Positions 1-12,500 of a DNA stretch of 64,000 bases are shown one piece after another (the first letter of the stretch is position 1; every line of letters begins with the position of its first letter). Source of the DNA: Spizellomyces punctatus DAOM BR117 (Eukaryota); the NCBI GenBank assembly GCA_000182565.2, contig KQ257457.1. One strand, given 5' to 3'. The notes below the pieces were generated by a model. It was not told the origin of the DNA. It did not search any database and saw only the letters and a list, made by a program, of their open reading frames with translations. The position numbers were made by a program, and so were the translations under genes.

Positions 1-679
1 GGTCCCTTGACGGATTGATAGCATCCTGCAGGTTCTCACATTAGAGGCCAATTGATGCCCACAAATGCAACTGGTGTGGTCTTACCTTCCAAGTACCATT
101 TTTTGGCTCTATCTTCGGGGGCAACTTCAGGGGGTAGCGGGGTGGAAGGAGTACCTTGATATGAGATGCTTCCATTGCCTCTACCGACTTCGTACACGGC
201 GATATTGAAGCCTAAACCGAGCGCCCTAAATCCACCACATCCACCGTCTATCTTTCCGCGCAGCGGACAAGGTGTTGAGCACTTTTGATCCGGAATTACT
301 CCACCTTTCCGCCAGTCCCCCGTCCATGGCCCTCCCAAACAGAGTCCCCCGCCATTTGTCACTTTATTCTGAGGTATTACTCCACAGGCGGTCAAGCCGT
401 ATGAATCGCACATTTGCAGGCACGCCTCCAGAGTTCCCTGCTGCCCGGTTTTCTCGACGACCTCTGACAGCGTCCCCAGGTTCACTGGGAAGATGTGATT
501 GTTTCCACTGGGGTCGTCTTCGTAGCAGCCAGCATATCTAAAGTCAAGCTGAATGGTCTCTGTGGACAGTCTATCAGCAAAACAAGTACGCGTTTTCGTC
601 GCTTTCAATACGCCTACCAACCTGCTGCCAGAGCACCGGTCGCCATCATTGCCAGAACGCTGTAGGAATTCAGGCGCAT
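1..679 (-). CDS. Secreted multi-WSC-domain protein (3' end runs off the window)
   Basis: ATG at 679 gives signal-peptide-like MRLNSYSVLAMMATGALAA. An intron joins it to a WSC pattern (YAGCYED...ACLQMC...LCLGG...CSTPC...CGG...IAVY). A further GTAAG..CTAAT..CAG intron near 27-85 leads into a second WSC start (WYLEGCYQS). Confidence 0.8.
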
Positions 680-1259
680 TGTGACATGTTCATGATGTCA
701 AAAAAAAAAGGAGATTGCGGGCGAAACCCCTCGCACACTAATCATCTTTCATCCAAAGTGTCCAGAACACGTGACACCGGGGAGGAGATTCTGAACGTCA
801 CACTTGCTGGTCAGTTGTTGCGGAGCTGAAACTGGTCTGGCTTTATCATCAGTTCGATAGCGTAAGGGAAGCATTTGCTTTCATGCTTTTAACGAAAACC
901 AGCAAATGATTTGTAGTTATGTGTTGTCGTTTTGTCCAGCATTTGGGGGGGATTATCGCCCAGTTCGCCCCGACAAGGGCTATCCAGCTGACAAGGTGTC
1001 GCCCAACAGGAACAGCCAGCGACTAGAGTGGGTGCCAATGAGTGGTCTAATCCCGTCCGTGCTCCAATTGCAATCCTATCTATTAGTTGTAGCGAGTCGG
1101 TGGCCAGCAGTCCGTAATATCTACCAAATCCCAATTTGGTCAAAGTTGACAGTCTCCGTATTAAACATCCCGAAATTAAGCAACTCCACAACTATATACA
1201 AAATTAATCCAGAATACATGTCAGACAATATACAACAGTCAATCTCTCCACCGCAAGTT

Positions 1260-1705
1260 TCACTGAGTAGAAGGCAGAGGGGTTGCTGCCACAGGAGCGG
1301 ACGACCCGGCTGATCTCAATGCGCCAGTTTGCCACAGGACGATCAGGATCACCACCGCTAGCAAGAACAGCACAAGACAGGCCAGACAGACTTGCATTTT
1401 GACATTCTGCCACCACATTTTTCTTCGCACTTCTTTGGCAGACTTTTTGAACCGATTCGCTTGCGTTGCGAGGTTCTCTGTTTTCCCCTGTAGCTGTTCG
1501 AGATTCTCCCCTCGTGCCATGAGCTTTTGGATATTATCTTGGGCAATATCGACAGTTTCATTGACTTCTTTCAACACCTGTGAATGACAACATTATAACC
1601 AAGTCCTTCTGAGATTGTACACCTTCTGTCAATTACCTGTTCGGTTTTGGTTGGCACCGGCTGGTATGAAGCAGCCTTCCCATTGTTTGCTGGAACCGCT
1701 TGCAT
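1260..1705 (-). CDS. Synaptobrevin/VAMP R-SNARE (Snc1-like)
   Basis: R-SNARE motif (VNETVDIAQDNIQKLMARGENLEQLQGKTENLATQANRFKKSAKEVRRKMWWQN) plus a C-terminal TM helix. Short first exon from ATG 1705 and one GT-AG intron (~1579-1636). Confidence 0.92.
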
Positions 1706-2360
1706 GATGTGACAGTGGATATCAACGGTCTGGGGGAAGCTCTGGAGATGAATGCAAATAATCCAACGCTTTAAAACGTTCGAGCCGTTGAGTAGCTAGC
1801 GCGGGGCGGAGCAGCTCGACGTTGCAAGGCTGAGTGCCCTGTGGCACAGTCATCGTTCTCTGTATGCTAAAGGCAACGACGTTTCGCTGACATCTTCTTG
1901 GTTCAGATTCTTGCCCTGAACTACCCTCTTGACCTGACTCTAGGTATAGTGTTCGGATCGGAGAAGTTGACATGAGAATATGGTTCGCAAGGTGACGCTG
2001 GTATAAGTCTTACCTGGTTGGCGTGCCTGGCCTTGTTCATCCCGTCCGTCAAACACGGTCGAAACTCTTTCTTTCTTTCTGGCCTGTGCCTAGCACAGAC
2101 TGTTTATGATTAGCCCGCATATGACTAGCCCGCATTGCTATTTGTTTATTGCAAACTTATGGCGACGAGAATGTCATTGATCTCCAAGTGGTTGGCATTG
2201 CCCGACACGATGGAATGATTATGTAACGCCTCGATCAGTTTTACACACTTGGGCGGCGGTGCAAGTTCAAAAGCATTCTCCTGGCCTCAATTTCCACCTG
2301 GCATGGCCCAGATTGCGTCCCCGAGCGCAGAGATGGTAGCAGCGGCTGCGACGGGCATAT

Positions 2361-2922
2361 TGTATATTAAATAGGGCAGCAAAGGCGACTGAAAGTATAA
2401 ACAAATGACCATCTTTCCGGGTCGCGTTTACATAATCTTCTCGTTAGCGTCGTCCTTCCAGGAGACATCCGCGGAGAGCTTAGGCCCAGGAGATTCACCA
2501 GGAGGTTCCAACGACGCTCTTGGTAGGCCCCCCTGCGTTGCGAAGGAAGGTCATGCAACCGGAAACTTTCGTATTGTGGAGAATTCCGGAGCGGAGGATT
2601 TTGGAAAAACCGCAGTTCCCGAGGGTTATAAAAAGGGCAGCATTTCTCGCCTCCCCCCCGCTTCTTCTCTACGCGGTGGGGTTTTCTTGTGCTTTGGTTT
2701 TTGAGGTGGTATTTGTTTTGCTTTGTGTTTTGTGTTTTTTATGTCAGGTTTGTAAGGTCGGGTTTCTTTCTTGTCTTCTTCTTCTTCTTTATTTCCTGCC
2801 GCGTATTCTAGTCTTCTCGTTGGTTGAACAGGACTGAGTGACCCGCGTTGGGGGAGCGGCACCCACGATCCACCTCGGTGGGAGTGTTCTCTGGTTCCGG
2901 CCAGGGGGAGGGCCTGTCTACA
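2361..2922 (+). other. Non-coding block resembling an LTR/promoter relic
   Basis: GC-rich stretch, TATAAAAA near 2627, then a long T-rich tract. Bounded by TGTA at 2361 and TACA at 2919-2922, but no matching target-site duplication. Confidence 0.25.
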
Positions 2923-3079
2923 ATAAAGGAAGAAAACAATAATAAGGAAGAAATGTGCAGGAAGCTTTCAAGTGCTGTCCTCTCCCAAATCCAACTATGC
3001 ATTCTATGGTGTCCAAACGCGCTCGCAAGGAGATGGTATCAACCAGATCGTCCACAATTCATGTCAAATATAGACATTG

Positions 3080-3421
3080 TTGGCAGAGATTATCATAGAT
3101 CCGGTAAACTACTCGAAATGTGTCCAATGGGCACATTATCATCCATGAGTACAGTTTTGCAGTCCGGCCTACGATTCTCATCCGAAAAAGGGATTGATTG
3201 ACAACGCAGGACGCCCTTATCACGTCTCTGAAACCTATAAAACGTGTGGCATCTGCTATCATAGTCATCCAAGACTGGATGAATAGAGAGTACCTGGTTG
3301 CTCGGGCTGTGTATGCTGCGACGGGTATCGCTTCAAGAGCATATGCTTGCATGTTTTCGAATTGGAGATAGAGTTCGCACACGTACTGTGTATGTTGGAC
3401 ATAATTGAGCCTCCGATGTAA
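3080..3421 (+). pseudogene. Possible decayed SWIM zinc-finger ORF
   Basis: One frame reads GCVCCDGYRFKSICLHVFELE (CxC-x9-CxH, 3308-3352). In-frame stops at 3146 (TGA) and 3284 (TAG). Confidence 0.3.
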
Positions 3422-3582
3422 TCAATCGATGTTCATCAGAGCACTGATACAAGTTAACGTTATTTAAATCACAGTTTCATTACATTAAACCAACCCAAAA
3501 ATTATGTACAATTAAACGTTCAGTTCAACAGTGGAACCAATAAATACAATCTACTACTAGCACGTTGTCTAATCGCTCGCCT

Positions 3583-6500
3583 CTAAGCTATTATAGTTTG
3601 CACCTCCTTATTCACCATCCTGTATCCTGCCATTTCCTTCTCTCGCTTTATTCTTCTCATCTCGCTCTCAAGGGTTTGTCTGGCTGATATCTCTTTTGTC
3701 AGCTGGGCGGAATGCTCGGCTCGCAAGTCAGCCACCAGCTTTCTAAAGTCGGCTCTCATTGACGCTGCGGATGATGGAGCTCCATCACTTGAAGATCCTA
3801 GTTTTTCAATTGACAAATCTTGTATCTGCGCTTTCAAGGCATCGAGCTCGGCCTTTTGCTTCGAGACAAGTTCGTTGTGCTCAGCTGCCTCAGTTTCCAG
3901 CTCTTTATTCGAGCGAGTCAGCTATAAAGGCACTCGATGTCAGCAACAGCTCGTGTATAGACCAGACAAACAGAAATCAAACTTACTTTTTCATATTCTG
4001 ACTCCAATTTGCTGAGCTTGCGTCTCATGATTTCTTCACGGTATCTACAGTCTTCCATTTCTTCCACCATGTCCGCCTTGCCCTTTTTCAAATCCATCAC
4101 CATTATCTGCATGGTCTCCACTAAGCGCGAACCTTCGGCAAACTCTTTCTCTTTTGCCGCCATAGACTCTTTATATTGAGCCAGCTCGCTGGTGGCACGT
4201 TCAGCTTCTGCTCGTGCGTTTGAGATTTCCGACTCTTTGTTCTCCAACATATCCTGTATTTCCCCAATCTCTCCAGCTATGGATAGTGCCTCCTGAAGCT
4301 GCTTCTCCTTTTCGTCCATCCTTAGCCGCAGGGAAGTAAGCTCTTCCTCCTTTGAGTCTACCTGAATGCGTAAGCTCTCGAGCTCGGCAACCATGGAGCT
4401 CGCCTCTGCTTCTGCTTCTTGAGCTCTCTTTTCTGCCTTTGCCAGGTCTGCTTCTATCTGCTGCAGACGAGACTCAGCTTGCGCTTTCTGTTGCGTAAGG
4501 TCCGCAAGGCTGCTCTCCACCCTCGCCTTCTCATCTCGCAAGGCAGTCTCAATGGCATCTTTTTCTCGTTGCAAGGAATCGATTTCTTCCTGCAGCCGCT
4601 CTCTTTGCTGGAAGAACTGCTGTTTTGATGTAACCAGGGCAGTTTCGGAGACATCCAGTCGAGCGCGCATTTGCTCTGTATCCGTTGTCAAGGAAGCAAT
4701 CTCCGCATCATATGTCTGGCGCAGCTCAGTCAAAGCTCGCTCGTGCTCAGCACGTAATGCTTCAACATCGTCAGATGATGATGATACGCTGGCTTTGAGG
4801 CTTTCCTCCTTTTCTATCGATTTCTCTTTCTGTCCTTCTCCAACAACCATATCCTTTCCCATGTTTTCCCATCTCGTCCGCAAGTCACTGCATTCTCGCC
4901 GTGCCATCAGTAGGTCATCAGTAAGCCCGTCCAGCTCTTCCCGTTGACTGTTCCGCAGCAACTCCATTTCATTCCTATGTTTTTCTTCCATTGATCGTGC
5001 TTGTTCCATTAGTTCACGGTCGAGATCTGCAAGTTGCTCTTTAATATCTGAACACTCCTCTTCCAAGTCATTGCGCTCTCTTCTGAGCTTCTCCAGCTCA
5101 GCAACAACTTCCTCTAGGCGCTCGGATTTCATTGTCACCTCCTTCTCAAGAAGCCCTATGCGGTTCTCATATTGAGTGCGCTGAACCTCCAATTCTTCCT
5201 GTTGTTTGTCAACACTCTGCGACAGATTTCGGGATGCGTTCAACGAGTCTGTAGACCTTACGAGAGCCAATTCCCGCACCACGGAAGCATGATCTTCCTT
5301 TATGCGGTCTCGTTCCGCTTGAGTTTTCCGCAACAATATCTGCAACTCGGCCAGTTCCTTCGTCGACCCAGAACGAGCATTCTCCAATTCGACCTCCCTC
5401 ACAGCCACGTTTTCAACATGTCGCTGTACATCTTGAAGTTCGGATGCAAGAGAGGCGCGCTCTTTGAGAATTTCCTCAACACCGTTAATTAAAGCGTCAA
5501 CAGAAAACGCCTGATGATCGCGTTTGCGCATGGTCGCTGTTACTTGGGAATAGAGTTGACGGCATTTGGCAAGGTCTTCCTCAGAAATTGCCATGGCGGT
5601 AACATTCTTTGATAACTGTCGCCGCAAATCCGCAATAAGTGACTCTTGCTGCTGAACCTTGGCATCCAACTTTAAGGATTCAGAAGAGGACCTAGTATTG
5701 TTCCCTTGGCGCATAATATTGCTGTTAATACTTCTTAATGAAAGGACCGACTTGTTCTCGTCGTCATCTTCCGTTTCCGTGTCAGAATCTGACTTTGGAC
5801 CTCCTCGAGGGCTCTTTAACAACGTGATCGGAGACGGTTGTTGTCCCTCCTGGCGCATTTCTTCCAGCTGCCGCCGCAAATCACTCGATATTTCCTGTTC
5901 CTCATTCAACTGAAGCTTTAATCGCTCACGTTCCAAGACAGCGTCCCTCAATTGTGCACCAAGCACCGATCGCATACTCTCCGATTGAGTGGCAAGCTGC
6001 TGTGACATCTGCTGACGGTACCAGACACTAGATCTAGCTGGTTTCTCATCCCCAGATGACGGTGTCGTCGAGAGTGCTGCTGCTGCGGCCTTCATATCGG
6101 CTTGATTTGTAACTTCCTCGTTTTCTGCTAGCAGATCTGCAATGGTCTGGTTTTTGGCTTCCATGGCGGTAACATTTTCGTCCAACTGCAGCTGAAGCAT
6201 TGCAATGTTGTCACGCGCAGCAGTCAATTCCTCCATTGTCGCTGCCAGCTCTGCACGGGTGGTAGCCAAATCAAGTTGTGCTTTGTTGTAGTCGGCAGTG
6301 GATGGGGTCCCTCCCAACTGAACCTGTTGCCTAAACTCGCGCGTCATCCGAGCTTCTCTCTTTGCTTCCGCTGCCAGTTTGCGAATCGGTTCCTGCTCAT
6401 ATTCAAGTCGTGTGATGGTGTTTTTCAGAGCTAGATTCTCGCGCTCTTGTTCTTTTATCCGAGTCTCCGCCGAGGCTAGTTTGCGTTGCAATTCCACTAC

Positions 6501-7976
6501 AGAAGACGTGTCACCGTCCATGTAGCGCGACGGCGAAAGTTCGTTTCCGTCTTTGGCGTTCGCAGCACCCCATCGTAGTACTCCACCAATATGCTTAAAT
6601 ACCATGCGCTCCACCTCGATCAATCGGCTGAGGCATCCCCAAAGCTCAGCTGCAATCGCATCCACCTTTTTATCAGCTTGTGCCAGTTGCTCTTTCGCTG
6701 CTTGGGCCTGAGCTCTATCCTTTGAATCAAGCCTTGCTAATGACAATGCTGCTTCTCGGATTTTTGTTTCGAGTGCTAGCCTACTTTGTAAGCTTGATAT
6801 CTGGTTCGATAGAGATTTAAGATCCTTCTTTCGCTCTTCGTACTTTTCAGCAGGCAAAACTCGAAAACGTGCAGCGTCCTGCATGGCTTCCCGCGCCATG
6901 AGTTGCATAATCATACCGTCAGCAACGTCAGCCATCGAAGATGTCGTAGTCACGGTAAAAGAGCTCAGCCGTTTCCCTCCAGGCATGAACGAATCGTTGC
7001 CGGTTTCTGTGTCTTCGTTTCGGTCGCTCCCATTTATCGTCGGCTGTTTAGCAAACGCATCAATAATTCGCATTTTTAGAATGACGTTCAAACAGGTATC
7101 TCCAATGATGAGCGCTGGGGACGGGGATGTGTTTCGCCCTATGTCATTCGAGGGATTTCTTGTCCGCGGAGGCACGGAAGGCGTACTGCTGGCAGATAGA
7201 AGTGAACCAGCGGAGGAGGAGGGAGAGACAGCTTTGCGAGGTGGTACTATCAATCTGGTCCTGACCGTACCAGCGGTGATCGGACCCATACGCGGTGGCG
7301 CTTGCAATTGGGGGCGCTGCGCACGAATATTCGAGAGATCATTAGGGGAGTACGTTAGATGTTCACCACGTTTCTTACATACCTCGTGATCTGAACCTCC
7401 TCTTGGAGATGATCCTGAAGATACGCTAGTTTTCGATGCATGCGAGGACTCGGATGATCGACTAGGGGATGTCTGACGATTTCTGCTGCCTTTTCCGCGT
7501 CCTGGTAGGAGCTTCTCAATATCAGCCAGAATCTTATCAGACTCAAAATCTAGCCCGTCGTTCATGTCACTAGAGCTCTCTGAGCGATCTACGTTGGACT
7601 CCTTTTCTTCTGCCACGAAGCTCAGATCGCTGTGACCGTTTAGGGATGGTGACATTTCCACAGTGAAATCTTCGAGCTGAGATAGCAGGCTTGAGATTGG
7701 ACGGGCACCCTTGCCTTGCTTGCGAGCTTCGGCCTTTAGCTGAAGCTGCAGAGTTAGCAATCTCCAAACACATTTCCGACTCGTTCATCAATGAACACAT
7801 ACCAGGTCCAAAGTCCCTGGGGCACGGCGCTTCTGCGCTAGCGCGCCCTTATCAGGAGGCTTTCTTGATGGGGGCACATTGCCCGAAGGTGGTGATGTAG
7901 TCCGACTAGCAAACTGGTTGGAAAAGAGTTAAAGTGGTGAATGGCGCGAAAAGGGACAGTCAGAGTCCCTTACCAT
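3583..7976 (-). CDS. Large coiled-coil protein with an Up-regulated-during-septation (Uds1)-type domain
   Basis: 1280-codon ORF with LQSRLALETKIREAALSLARL...KKVDAIAAELW...LIEVERMVFKHIGGVL and long heptad repeats. Putative ATG-only first exon at 7976-7974. Last intron 3922-3986 leads to the MRADFRKLVADLRAEH terminal exon. Confidence 0.8.
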
Positions 7977-8234
7977 AGCTTTCGCGGCAAGTATAAAGTT
8001 GCAAACCTGAATCCACAGACGTTAGTTTCACCTTCAGCTATTGCTCTCAAGTATCCATTTCTCCATACATACGTAGCCTGCAGGCTATCAAGCACTGTAA
8101 TGTGCTCAAGGTAAAATGCTTGCTTGTTTTTTGCCTGGTCAAATTTCTTGAAATGGGGTTGGAGTCAAGAAACTAGGAATTCGGGCAAAGGGCGCCTCAT
8201 CAAAGCGGATGAAACGGGGAGCTAAGCCATCCTT

Positions 8235-8244
8235 CCATATATGG
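8235..8244. promoter_or_regulatory. CArG box CCATATATGG in the divergent promoter of RPL43 and the Uds1-like gene
   Basis: Perfect palindromic CC(A/T)6GG, ~145 nt upstream of the RPL43 ATG. Confidence 0.5.
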
Positions 8245-8388
8245 TCATATAGCGGTTCCAATCAAGTTTCAAATTTAATTCTCATTTGGCAACCCTGCAG
8301 GCATCTTACTTTCAACCCAAAGGCCATATCGCAAAATCCCATTTCTTGCGGGTCGACCATCCATCCATCGTAGCATCCATCCATCCAA

Positions 8389-9070
8389 ATGGCTGTAAGT
8401 GAACTGCTTGTCGATCTTGTGGAGACGAACGTCGTCGTTTGTGGAGTGGAATGTTGGAGAATTTGGAATGGGGCGGGCATGGGGATGACATTTGCATGGC
8501 ACGAAATTGACATTTGGATTTGAAATTTGCAGAAACGCACAAAGAAGGTTGGAGTGACCGGAAAGTACGGTACCCGTTACGGTGCCTCCCTGCGTAAGCA
8601 GGTGAAGAAGATGGAAATCACGCAGCACGCCAAGTACACCTGTACTTTCTGTGGAAAGGTGTGTATTCTTGAAAGCGCGGCATATGGACACGAGTTTAGA
8701 AAGAGAGAGTTGAGAGTCCTGGTCTGGAGAAGTTGGGGGATGGAAACCATGTTTGAATATTGCGGAGAGGAACATATCCGAAAAGACAGAAACAGCTCCA
8801 TACTGGCGTGGACAAAAGATCGGAATGCTCATTTTGTTTTTTGTTTTTCAGGACTCTGTGAAGAGAACTGCTGTGGGTATCTGGAACTGCCGAAGCTGCC
8901 GGAAGACATTGGCAGGTGGTGCGTGGACTGTCGGTACCAGTGCTGCTGCCACTGTCCGTAGTACTGTCCGTCGTCGTAAGTTTTTTTTTTTTTTCGTGCA
9001 TTGTGATTCTCGAACTGTAAATCTGAAGCTTGCCCTATCACAAATAGTCCGTGAGTTGACCGAGGCGTAG
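8389..9070 (+). CDS. RPL43: 60S ribosomal protein eL43 (L37a)
   Basis: Four exons (8389-8394, 8533-8658, 8852-8975, ~9048-9070) give [60 protein letters not shown]...LRELTEA. Confidence 0.98.
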
Positions 9071-9589
9071 ATGCAGCTCGGGGATGGAGATGTTTGTGCA
9101 GGCTACATGGAGAGGAGCGACTGTAGATCAACGTTGGGTTATTCCCGCTGTGTGTACCAAAGCTCTCTGGGTACAATACATTTGAAATCAATAGTTCGAT
9201 TTTTGTTTTACCTGATGCGAGATGTGGAATGCTGTTAAAGAATTGGTGTCACGGTCCTGCCATCACGCTTTCGTCTATGAATTGGCGGTTCACACTGCAG
9301 TAGTTTCTCTCTAAAATCGTCCAATGCTTCCAATGATTGCTGGCACACGAGTTATCGTTCTGCTTGCCACTGTGGGCCTGTCGAATGCGTTACTGTCACC
9401 AGCTAATGAAACGTACAGCCACTCATGTCCATGGCAACAATAGTTCGTCCCAACTTACCACCAATACTCGCGCGGACGGTGGATGGGACGTGGTGAACGA
9501 CGACACTGGCATAAGTTTCCATCCGTGGACTGCCCATAACTGTTAAGTCTGGCGTACCCATCTTTATTAGCACTCTGCGATCGCTTGTC

Positions 9590-12500
9590 ATGGCCGCAGA
9601 GTGGCAGCCAGAAGCGTGCCGTGTCCTTCATGATCTCCTGACCACGGCATTGCGATCTCCGTCCGCGAACGTTTCCAGGAAGCTTCAGGTTACCTTATCT
9701 CAGCTTGGGACAGTTCTGTGCAACCCTTTCCATGCGGAGCATAAACTTAAAACGGCCAAGAAGGAGCTCCAAGAAGGTTAGCTACTCTATACAAGCTGTG
9801 CACTGACGATCGTGATGAGGTAGATGCCCCCTCCGGCGAGTGTAGTGAATACTCCCGGACAGGGAAGCTAATCCGGAAAGGGGCTCTACTCGTCCTGTAC
9901 CGACTGTTGTTAAGACGCCTTTTTGGCAGAATGGAAAGCTAACTTGCGATGTGTGCCTGTGTCGTGTAGGAACGATTGTCATTAACGGAAGGCGACAGCA
10001 CGCCAATGCGCAGTTTGTCGAGGCAGCCATCTTTCTCTCTGATGTTCTTGATATCCATGAGACACGGGCTGCAGCTCTATTTCAATATGCTTGTGCTCAA
10101 CGTGCTCGATACGAGGGTTGGTCACCGATCAAGATTGCAGTAGATGCCTATCATACCGAGCGAGGTTATATGCTCGAGAGTGTGGTTCTACTTGTAACCA
10201 GATTTGTAGCCGGAAAAGCACCGGAGGAATCAATGGCTGGAGTCAAAACATTTTTGGAGGGAATGATTGAGCCAACTCCTTCTTACGCCCAGACATTGCT
10301 TAAATCGATGACTGATATGGAATCCAGAATTCAAAAGCTTACCAGAGATCCGACGCTCAATGGCATTCTGACACAAACGAAAATGCAGAACCTGGGAGTC
10401 GAAGATGATATTGTTGCGTTGCATACAAAATTCCTAGAAAAGGAGAGAACACGACTGGGGGATATATTCTATTATGTCACTGCCAGATGGAAGCTGGGTA
10501 GCGAGGAGTGCGTGAAGGTGCTACGGATACTGCAGAAGGCAGAAACTCCCAACCTTGTCACCGTTTCACTCTTGTGCGCGTTTATGATCAACTTCGATCG
10601 GTTTCACCCAACGATTGATCCTGACATGGAGGAAAAGGAAGATCCTGACGCTGGGGTAATAGATTTGCTGCAAAAAGAGATTCAAAGTACAGCATGGGTT
10701 TTGCCAGGACTGAGAGGCGTAGTCTGGACGCAATGGGCGTGTTTTCTTCACGGTTACTTTTTGAATAAATCGGACGCCGCGCCGCGAGATGACGGTTTGC
10801 ACATCTCTGCCAGGATGCAACAGGATACCGTGAGCCGCAAGTGGATGGAAAGTGTGGGTCGGCATCCTGATGCATACAATTTCTTGGTGGACTTTGTGAT
10901 ACCATTTCAGAGGAGTAAGGAGGAAATTCGGCTTGCAGAAGTGCGTGGAACTCCGACACTGTATATAGACGAGGAACTGCGTGAAGAGTACATATTCCGT
11001 GTGGAGCATCTCATCGACGGGATTCTGTTGCACCTAAGACGGTATTTGAAAGAAGTCAAGAACGCCGACGAAGATGCAACACGGGCTGCGGAGGAACCAA
11101 TCGAGCGTGGTCGCTTTGGAAGCTCCCACGCCCCTGTACCTAGCAGCTTGTCGCCACCAGGTGGTCCAGTGCGACGAACCGCGTGGGAAGCACTTTTATC
11201 CTTGATAACAATTTTGTATCGTGACCGACCTGATGCTGGGATGAGTTTTTGGAAGGATCCGCGGACCGATAGGATGGATTACGATAGAGCAGATGGCACT
11301 TTCTCCGAAACACTTGAGAAACAGGCCTTTGTGAAAATGGCAGCAGATGTTACGACCAGCCGATTTTTGAAAGCCTTCATCGATATGCTAGCGTCTCTGG
11401 CAACGGGCAAAGTGTCCGCTCAGGAAGTGCATATCCGACTCAATGCAGAAGTCAGCCAAAGTCAATTGGGCAAAGTCCTGTGGACAACGTTCTTTCGCTC
11501 TTTGACGGGTGCCATCGACGTTTTAAGTAGAGGCGCGCCTGAATTGAAGCCGGATGAATTGGGACTGATAATGGCTTTCCTGCGTCTTCTGCGCCAAGTC
11601 GTTAAGTTTTCTTATCATGCGCGGCGAGTTCTTTGCGATAATCAGCAGTTGCGAGCATTGTCCACTTTATTCCGGCTTCTTGTGAGCAGAGTTCCCGTTG
11701 AACTGAAAGGCGCATTGCTGGAGAGCATTGCTGCTTTTTGTATCCCAATCGGCAATTCATACGCTATCCAGAGTCAAGTGTGGTTGTTGCTGGAGCAAAC
11801 TCAGATTGTCCCCACAAAGCCACCAAATCGAGGCGCCCAGTTTACAAATGCATTGTACAGCGGCAGTTCGCAACCGATGCCAATATCTGATGACCGTCGT
11901 GATGGCATCGCTTATGATTTAGAGGAAAGAGAGCGCCCGATTAGGACATACCCGGAGACACTAGCATTTCTTCGACTCTTGGCAGTGCTATTGCATGGAC
12001 CGAAAAATGCGCAGATGGTGTCTGTGTTGGAACAACTTGGCTTACCGGAGCGCGCACCAGGAATAGGACCGTATATTCGATTTGTAGCTGACCATGTGTT
12101 CCTAACGGCGCAATCTCGAGAGTTCAATTACGAAGACGAAAGATGGGAAATGATATCCACCTGCCTGACAATTTTTGAGAAATCCTTGCAGTTGTTTGAT
12201 CTAGGCTCCCTTATGTCCGAAAGATGGGATGGCGATAAGGGCACCGGCAGTAATGCTGAGCAAGTTTTGACCGGTCATGGCGGATTTGGACCAAATATCC
12301 TCCACAATGCGCGATCGCTGGTGTTACATCCCGGATTTGAGATCGAAAGTCGCATTCTGAACGACTCCAAGTTTACCAAAAAACTTTTCGAACTCCTGTC
12401 CATCGGCGTAGAAAGCGTAAACGAGAGTATTGACAACGTACCACTGCGCGGACGGTCGGTTCTGCTAATCTTCCGGATTCTTCTGCGGGTGCTGCAGAAT

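Noticed and set aside
2575-2625. GGAGAATTCCGG resembling the RNase P/MRP CR-I motif
   Set aside because: No matching CR-V/P4 partner found downstream.
8395-8851. Longer RPL43 introns as snoRNA hosts
   Set aside because: No convincing box C/D pair or H/ACA double hairpin seen.
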